From Paraspadella gotoi (taxonomy: Eukaryota; Animalia; Chaetognatha), in NCBI GenBank assembly GCA_051294375.1, contig CM119267.1, positions 2,290,387 to 2,319,908 on the forward strand: DNA of 29,522 bases, given 5' to 3'. Under the pieces are notes generated by a model, which saw only the letters and a program-made list of their open reading frames with translations, was not told where the DNA came from and made no database searches. The translations under genes were made by a program, and so were the position numbers. Shown one piece after another: positions 21,731-29,522 of the stretch (the stretch's first letter is position 1; the number at the start of each line of letters is the position of its first letter).

Positions 21731-22645
21731 GAACCATGGAAAACAGCGCTTCATGCCCGCGTTTCTCCTTATAATCTCTCGATTTTTTCGCAGGAGGGGG
21801 GCAGCGAATCGGGGGGCGCCTAATTTTGAAATGTGCGCAAAAACAAAAGTACGGTGACGCCGGGGAATGATAACGACGACAACGACCGATAACCGACAGA
21901 CGACGACGATAACGACGACAACTGACGATACCAGACGAAAACGACGATCGACGTACGACGGAGAATTTGGGTTATCATTTATTCATATTTTATGCATTTA
22001 ATTGTTTATCCACCGGCTTAAGAATGAGATTGAATTGAAAGTCATAGCTCAAAGTGATTCGTGAAAACGATACACGAAACAGTCATTTCTGGGTAAGTAC
22101 GTACACGTCACGTGTTTCAAAGTAACGTTATCATAGTATTTGTGATCTTCGCTACACAACTTAAACCATGGTCTTATTATATAAAGCTATTATTACTAAT
22201 ATCATTGATAGGTGATGTTAACTAAACTAGACTAGAGTTTGTATTTATAAGCAATTACTGTAATGTATTATTGTATTCTGTTTGGTGGTATTAGATCCTT
22301 TCTTTTCGTGTGTTAAAATAGAAGATAGTAGTTTGAAATGATATTCTCTCTCTCTTCTCTCTTCTCTTCTCTCTCTCTGTCTCTCTCGTCTCTGCTCTCT
22401 TCTCCTCTGTCCTTCTCTCGTCATCTTCTTCACTCATGTTTCATACTTGTTTTTCACATCTTGGCTTCTTTTTTGTTTCACTCTTAATCTGTCCTCTTTA
22501 TGCAATTGACACATCTATCCTCTTCTCACTCCTGTGCTTGGAAATCTTTGCCCTCATCTCTCTCTTCCTTCCTCTCTCTCTCTCTCTCTTCTCTATTCTC
22601 GTTTTTATTGCAGCATAAATTGTGTTTCAAATTTACTAACTTTTT

Positions 22646-22687
22646 AATGCTGACGAAGGCTTGTAGTTTAAGCCGAACATGTTTGTT
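22646..22687 (+). ncRNA. Minimal type-I hammerhead ribozyme motif (Penelope/retrozyme-like), copy 1
   Basis: AATG-CTGACGA-A-GGCTT(GTAGTTT)AAGCC-GAA-CATG-TT-TGTT. The CUGANGA box is intact, stem II is 5-6 bp and the stem-III loop is palindromic CATG; GAAA lacks one A. AATAAA at 22699-22704. Confidence 0.65.
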
Positions 22688-24965
22688 TTTTAATTAAAAA
22701 TAAAATCGTTGTTGAATAATTATTTCAAACTCTTCTATTATTATGTTTTTCTCTTTGATTTCCGATGCGCATCTTCGATGGTAAGGCTAAAGCTTGTCCA
22801 AAATCAAGGGAAGATAGCTATTAATTGAATAAATATCCCATTTATTTTTTAGATCGATCTGGTAGCGAATTTCATACTACAATAATTATTAAAAAACTGG
22901 TAAAGTGAATATTAAAAATTGTTTTGTGGTGAAAGAGAAAAAAGAAGGAATTTTTTTGTTGATGTGACAGAGTTATAATTGAAATCGAGAGGACGACATA
23001 CAACAACAACAACAACAACAACAACGACAAACCAACAATCAGGGATGACAAAACAGCGTTACGCCAAGATTATCGGAATTAAACTTCCTGGCGGCAAAAG
23101 AAAACAAAAAACCGAGAGAGCTAAGAATGATGGCGCTTTTTGTGAAAAAAACACAAACAAACCAAGGCGGCAAGTGAAGAATTTAAAAGGAAACTATGAA
23201 AGGAGCGCAAAAAAGGGTACAAAAACAAAATGAGGAGAAAGGAGATTAAAGGAAACAAAACAAAGGAAAGGAAAAGAAAACAAAGGAAAGGAGAAAAAAT
23301 AGGAGGGACGATTGGAAAAGAAAATCGTCGCCATCCGATCAGAACAAAAATCAAAAACCATAATAAAGGAGAGAGTTTGGAAGGGAGAGAGGAGAGGGGA
23401 GAAAGTAGAGGGAGGGAGGGAGAGCGAGAGAGGGGCGAGAGAAGAGGGAGAGAGAGAGGGAGGAAGAGAGTGAGAGAGAGAGGTATGGAGAGGAGGGAGA
23501 GAGAGAGGGTAGGAGAGAGGAGGGAGAGAGAGAGAGGGAGGGAGGGAGAGAGGAGGAGAGGGAGAGAGAGAGAGAAGAGGGAGGGGAGAGAGGGAGGAGA
23601 AAGATAGGGGGATAGAGCAGAGAGAGAGGGGAGAAGAGTGAAGAGAGAGAGGTAAGGGAGAGAGAGGGAGGGAGGAAGAGAGAGTAAAAGAGAGAAAAAT
23701 TAAGGAAAGTTGCAGGAGAACAGGAGAGTAGGTTGTAGAGAGGAGAGAGAGGGAGAGTGAGAGATAGATACGGAAGAGGGACACATTAGTAAAAATATGA
23801 GAGAGTATGAGATATAAAGATGAAGGAGAATAGAGAGGTAGAGAAATGTATGTATTTATATATGGGTAGACAGAGAGAAGAGAGATGAGAGAAATGCCGA
23901 AAAACATAATGAAAGTGATGACGCAACCCGTATATGGCGTTCGTTGCAGTCGCCGGCGACGAGACGTCTCCGATCGGGAGAGATATGTAGCAAATAGTGG
24001 AAGTAGGGGTAGTCCTCCGGCGGGTGTTTATTGGAATCTGATCCGCTGACGGGTGATGGATGGGCGATGGCGAAGATGGCCGGGGGTAAGTTATATATAT
24101 AATATTATAATATATAATTAATAATTATAAATATTATATATATATAAAAATAATATTATAAATATAATTTTTATATATGCGGATTCGTTCTTCGCGGATT
24201 GGCATCGTCGAGTGGCATCGAGAACGTTCATCGCGGATGGGATCTTGGATGGCTATCTTGGGATGGCAAGGTGGCAAAATGGAAATCAACCGAATTATTA
24301 ATGAACAGAAAATGAGGTCAGAGAAACATTTGCGGCCCAGGTATAGAGACGACGATCGTACTGAGGACGACGGACGAACAACGGGACGACGTACGATGAT
24401 GATGATGACGAAAACGACGAAACGACGATGATAACAAAGAACGGAGACAACGACGATGATGAGACCACCATGATGACGTACGGTACGAAGATGTTGACAC
24501 AACAACGACGAACGAACGAAGATGATGATGACGACAACGACGAATACGACGACGGACATGATGAGGACAACCAACGATGAACGACGAAGATGACGAGACG
24601 AAGAATGATGACGAAAACAACCACCCAACGACGATGAAAGACGAGAACGACGTGGCAGTAATGAGGTGAACCGAAAACGAAGAAAAATCAAAAACAACAA
24701 ACAGAATCATAACCAAGAAGAAGAAAAGAATATTCAAAACTTCCTTCAATGCATTTATGCTTAACTTTATCTCAAACATTGGACAAACAAGTTAGATAAA
24801 TATTGGACATTCATACCTCGTGAAATCTAGGTACACAAGCCATAAAAATATTTGACGATTATAAAAGTCAACGAAAACGAGTGAAAAAGAAAAAAAAAGA
24901 AAAAAAAGTGGGAAGAAAAAGTTTTTTACTTTTGAAAGATTTTTTAAATTTCTAAAGAAAAGTCT

Positions 24966-25474
24966 GAGATAGGGAGGAAGAAGAGGAAGGAAGAGGAGGA
25001 GGAAGAGAAGGAAGATTGAGGGGGAAGGAAAGAGGAGAAGATGAGGAGAAGAGAAGAAGAAAGGAGGAGGAAATGAGGAGGAGAGGTTGAGGATGAGGAG
25101 AAAGATGAGGAGAAGGAAAAGGAGGAGGAAGAGGAGCAGGATTGAGGAGGACGATGAAAAAGGAAGAGGAGAAGGAAAAGAGGAAGATTGAGCGAGGGAG
25201 GAAAGAGGAGGAGGGAAGAGGAGAAGGAAGAGGAGAGGAAGAGGAGGAAGAGGAGGAAGAGAAGAAGGAAGTGAGGAAGGAGAAATACGGAGGAAAAAAG
25301 GGGAAAATGACGGAGGAAGAAGAGGAGAAGGATGAGGAAGGAGAGGAGAAGAAAGGGAGGAAAAGAAGTGAGGAGGAGGAAGAGGGGTAGAAGAGGAGGA
25401 GGAGAGAAGGAGGAAGAGGAGGAGAAAGAGAAGGGGGAACAAATGTAGCAGGAACAGGATAGTGAAGTGTGAAA

Positions 25475-25527
<53 letters not shown>

Positions 25528-25633
25528 GAGCACGCACGAGAGAGAGAGAGAGATAGAAAAGAGAGAGAGAGATAGAAAGAGAGAGAAGAGAGCAGAGAGA
25601 GAGAGAGATAGAAAGAGAGATGAGACGATAGAA

Positions 25634-25681
<48 letters not shown>

Positions 25682-25740
25682 GAAGAGAAGAAAGAGAGAG
25701 AGAGAGAGAAAGTGAGAGCATAGAAAGAGAGAGAGAGAGG
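24966..25740. repeat. Long polypurine (GGA/GAA/GA) low-complexity tract between the duplicate copies
   Basis: Almost entirely A/G on the + strand. Confidence 0.93.
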
Positions 25741-25853
25741 TCCTTTGTGGCCTCGTGGATTCCACGAAGGAGAAAAGTAAGTTTTGCTTGAATATAAAAG
25801 TTGGTTGGGGTAATAAGAAAGAAAAAAGNNNNNNNNNNNNNNNNNNNNNNNNN

Positions 25854-25885
<32 letters not shown>

Positions 25886-27566
25886 TTGTACTAAACGTCT
25901 CGTTCGTCCCTTCATCAGAGGACTGAGGACATGATGATCACAAAGACGATAGCAACGACGACGAACAAGAGAACGAATTTGTAGACGATCGAAATTGCAG
26001 AATGTGGAGGATCTTGTGACATAGTTTTGCAGATTGCTGCTCAAGGCTTTCTTGCCTTTTCAACGATATTGGTCGATTGCTCTTTGTTGCGACAAGATAA
26101 GAAGCAATAGAAACCAACAGAAAAATTGAATATAAAACTCAAATGAAAGAAATTCTGATTTTGAGTAATGTTGCTCTTTTATTTTACGACGGGAAAATTC
26201 CGCATTAAATTGTTTATCATTTGAACTTTCTTCAGTTTTATGAAAAAAAGAGAAAAAATTGACCTCTTATTTCCATTTTCTTTTTTTCTCCTACTTTCTT
26301 TCCCCTCTCCTCTCTCCCCTCTTGCTCTCTCCCCCTCTCCTCTTCCTCTTCTCCCTCTCTCTCCTCCCTCTCTGCTCTCCCTCCCTCTCCCTCTCGTCCC
26401 TCTGCCCTCTCCTACTCCTCGTCCTTTCCTCCTCCTTCTTTTTCGGCGGGAGATATGGTCGTATGCCTCGGGTCAGCGGCACCGCGACCGACAGTCCTCG
26501 GGTCTACGGTTTTTTGAAGACGGAAATTTGAAAAAAAGCCGTGTATGTATGAACGAGAGTGAAGTGAGAGAGAGGAGATCGAGAGAGAGAGAGAGAGAAG
26601 GAGAGAGAGAGAGAGAGAGAGAGAGTGAGAGAGAGAGAGACGGAGAGAGAAGAGAAGGATAGAGAAGAGAGAGGGAGAAACAGACATGGAAAACAGCGCT
26701 TCATGCCGCGTTTCTCCTTATATCTCTCGGTATTTTTTCGCATGGAGGGGGGCAGCGAATCGGGGGCGCCTAATTTTGAAATGGCGCAAACAAAGCCAGT
26801 AGGTGACGCGGGGAATGATAATCGACGACAACGACCGATAACCGACAGACGACGACGATAACGACGACAACCTGACGATATCCGAACGAAATACGACGAT
26901 CGACGACGACGGAGAATTTGGGTATCATTTCATCATATTTCTATATTTATTGTATATCCACCGGCTTAAGATGAGATTGAATTGAAGTTCTCATAGCTCA
27001 AGTGATTCGTTGAAACGATACAGAACGTCTTTCTGCCGTAGTACGTACCGTACATGTTCAAAGTACGTTATCATGTATTTGTGATCTTCCTACACAACTT
27101 AAACATGGTCTTATATATAAACTATTATTACTAATATCATTGATACGGTGATGTTAACTAAACATAGACTAGAGTTTGATTTATAACAATTACTGTTATG
27201 ATTATTGTATCTTTGGTATAAGATCCTTTCTTTTCGTTGTTTTGTTAATAATTAGATAGAGTTATTTGAAATGATTTTCTTCTCTCTCTCTATCTTCTCT
27301 TCTTCTCTCTCTCTCTCTCTCTCTCTCGTCTCTCTCTCTTCTCTCTCTTCCTTCTCTCTCTCTTCTCACCATTTTCATACTTTTTTCACAATCTTGCTCT
27401 TTTTGTTTCCTCTTAATCTGTCCTCTGCAATTGACACACTATCCTCTTCTCACTCTGTGCTTGGAAATCTTTGCCCTCATCTTCTCTCTCCTTCCTCTCT
27501 TCTCTCTCTATTCACTATTCTCGTTTTTATGCAGCATAATTGTGTTTCAAATTTACTAATTTTTTA

Positions 27567-27607
27567 ATTGCTGAAAGGCTTGTAGTTTAAGCCGAAACAT
27601 GTTTGTT
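27567..27607 (+). ncRNA. Minimal type-I hammerhead ribozyme motif, copy 2
   Basis: ATTG-CTGA--AA-GGCTT(GTAGTTT)AAGCC-GAAA-CATG-TT-TGTT. GAAA is intact, the CUGANGA box lacks two bases. AATAAA at 27618-27623. Confidence 0.6.
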
Positions 27608-27913
27608 TTTTATTAAAAATAAATTGTTTTGTTTGAAAATTCATTTCAAACTCTTCTAGTTATTATTTTCTCTTTGATTCCGATGCCATCTTCGATGGTA
27701 GGCTAAAGCTTGTCCAAAATCAAGGGAAAGATAGCTTATTAATTGAATAAATATCCATTTATTTTTAGATCGACTGTACGAATTTCATACTACAATAAAT
27801 TATTAAAAACTGGTAAAGTCGAATTTAAAAATTTGTTTTGTGGTGAAAGAAAAAAGAAGGAATTTTTTGTTGATGTGACAGAGTTATAATGAAATCGAGA
27901 GGACGACAACAAC

Positions 27914-27945
<32 letters not shown>

Positions 27946-29133
27946 TCAGGATGACAAAACACGTTACGCCAAGGATTATCGGAATTAAACTCCTGGCGGC
28001 AAAAGAAAACAAAAAACGAGAAGAGCTAAGAAATGATGGCGCTTTTTGTGAAAAAAACAAAACAAAAAAGGCGCAAGTGAAGAATTAAAGGAAACTATGA
28101 AAGAGCCAAAAAAGGGTACAAAAACAAAATGAAGGAGAAAGGAGATTAAAGGAAACAAAACAAAGGAAAGGAAAAAGAAAACAAAGGAAAGGAAAAAGAA
28201 AAAAAAGGAGGGACGATTGAAAAGAAAATCGTCCCACCGATCCCAGACAAAAACAAAAACATAATAAAGGAGAGAGTTTGGAAGGGAGAGAGGGAGAGGG
28301 AGNNNNNNNNNNNNNNNNNNNNNNNNNNNNNNNNNNNNNNNNNNNNNNNNNNNNNNNNNNNNNNNNNNNNNNNNNNNNNNNNNNNNNNNNNNNNNNNNNN
28401 NNNNNNNNNNNNNNNNNNNNNNNNNNNNNNNNNNNNNNNNNNNNNNNNNNNNNNNNNNNNNNNNNNNNNNNNNNNNNNNNNNNNNNNNNNNNNNNNNNNN
28501 NNNNNNNNNNGGGAGAGAGAGGGAGGGAGGAAGAGAGAGTAAAAGAGAGAAAAAATTAAGGAAAGTTGGCAGGAGAAAAAGAGAGAGGGAGAGAGAAAGA
28601 GAGTGCGTGAAAGAGATGGAGAGAGAGATAGAAAAAGAAAGAAAAAAGAGAGAGAAAGAGAGAGAGATAGAGAGACTGAGAGAAAGAGAGATATAGGGAG
28701 ACAGAGAGAGAGAGAGAGAGAAAGCGAAAACAAAATGAAAGTGAGAACGCAACCCGTAAATGGCGTCGTCGTCGCCGGCGACGATGACGCCCCTGACGGA
28801 AGAAAGTAGCATTAAAGGGAAAGTAGGTGGAGCCCCGTTGCGGGTTTGTTTATTGGAACCGATCCTTGACGACGGGGAGGAGGCGAGGCGAAGAGGCGGG
28901 GGGNNNNNNNNNNNNNNNNNNNNNNNNNNNNNNNNNNNNNNNNNNNNNNNNNNNNNNNNNNNNNNNNNNNNNNNNNNNNNNNNNNNNNNNNNNNNNNNNN
29001 NNNNNNNNNNNNNNNNNNNNNNNNNNNNNNNNNNNNNNNNNNNNNNNNNNNNNNNNNNNNNNNNNNNNNNNNNNNNNNNNNNNNNNNNNNNNNNNNNNNN
29101 NNNNNNNNNTAATAATAATAATATAGCGGACTT

Positions 29134-29205
29134 CATCGCGGATGGCATCGCGAGTGGCATCGAGAACGTCATCGCGGATGGCATCTTGGATGGCATCTTG
29201 GATGG
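29134..29205. repeat. 12-bp minisatellite (CATCGCGGATGG/CATCTTGGATGG) x6; insertion-disrupted copy at ~24190-24267
   Basis: 72 bp equals six in-phase units. Confidence 0.9.
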
Positions 29206-29522
29206 CAAGGTGGGCAAAATGGAAACAACCGAAAATATTAATGAAACAGAAAATGAAGGTCAGAGAAACATTTGCGCCCAAGGAAGAGACGACGACGACG
29301 ATGACGACGACGACAACGACGACGACGATGATGATGATGACGAAAACGACGACGACGATGATAACAAAGACGAGGACAACGACGATGATGACGACCACCA
29401 TGATGACGACGACGAAGATGTTGACGACAACAACGACGACGACGAAGATGATGATGACGACAACGACGAATACGACGACGATGATGAGGACAACAACGAT
29501 GACGACGAAGATGACGACGACG

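Larger units (their letters stand above)
20907..24600 (+). repeat. ~3.7 kb direct duplication, copy 1
   Basis: Starts AAAGCTTGTAACTAAAACGTCTCG and is colinear with 25881-29522 throughout. Differences are mostly 1-base indels. Confidence 0.95.
25881..29522 (+). repeat. ~3.7 kb direct duplication, copy 2 (runs to window end)
   Basis: Starts AAAGCTTGTACTAAACGTCTCG; offset from copy 1 is 4974 at the start and about 4922 at the end. Confidence 0.95.

Noticed and set aside
26444-26470. Minus-strand GCATACGACCATATC resembling the 5' end of 5S rRNA
   Set aside because: Similarity stops after about 15 nt and runs into a purine tract; no internal A or C box.

Overview
Eukaryotic (metazoan, possibly nematode) draft-assembly window, not prokaryotic. 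It has 15 N-gaps, dense microsatellite and purine tracts, and long stretches that look like unpolished long-read sequence. Nearly all ORFs in the supplied track are low-complexity or N artefacts. Four main structures were read by eye: (1) a six-exon class-3 lipase gene (Lipase_3/PF01764 type) on the + strand at ~7.9-10.7 kb, hidden by single-base indels; (2) a ~5 kb block (~2.1-7.2 kb) that is an interleaved mosaic of three different downstream segments, one of them inverted, most likely a consensus/gap-fill chimera; (3) a ~3.7 kb direct duplication (20.9-24.6 kb and 25.9-29.5 kb) carrying a Penelope/retrozyme-type minimal hammerhead ribozyme motif and a second, degenerate one on the opposite strand; (4) a small Helentron-associated (HINE/DINE-1-like) element at ~14.6-14.8 kb. 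Several minisatellites are also present. No tRNA, rRNA or CRISPR array was found. All alignments are by eye and no searches were run.
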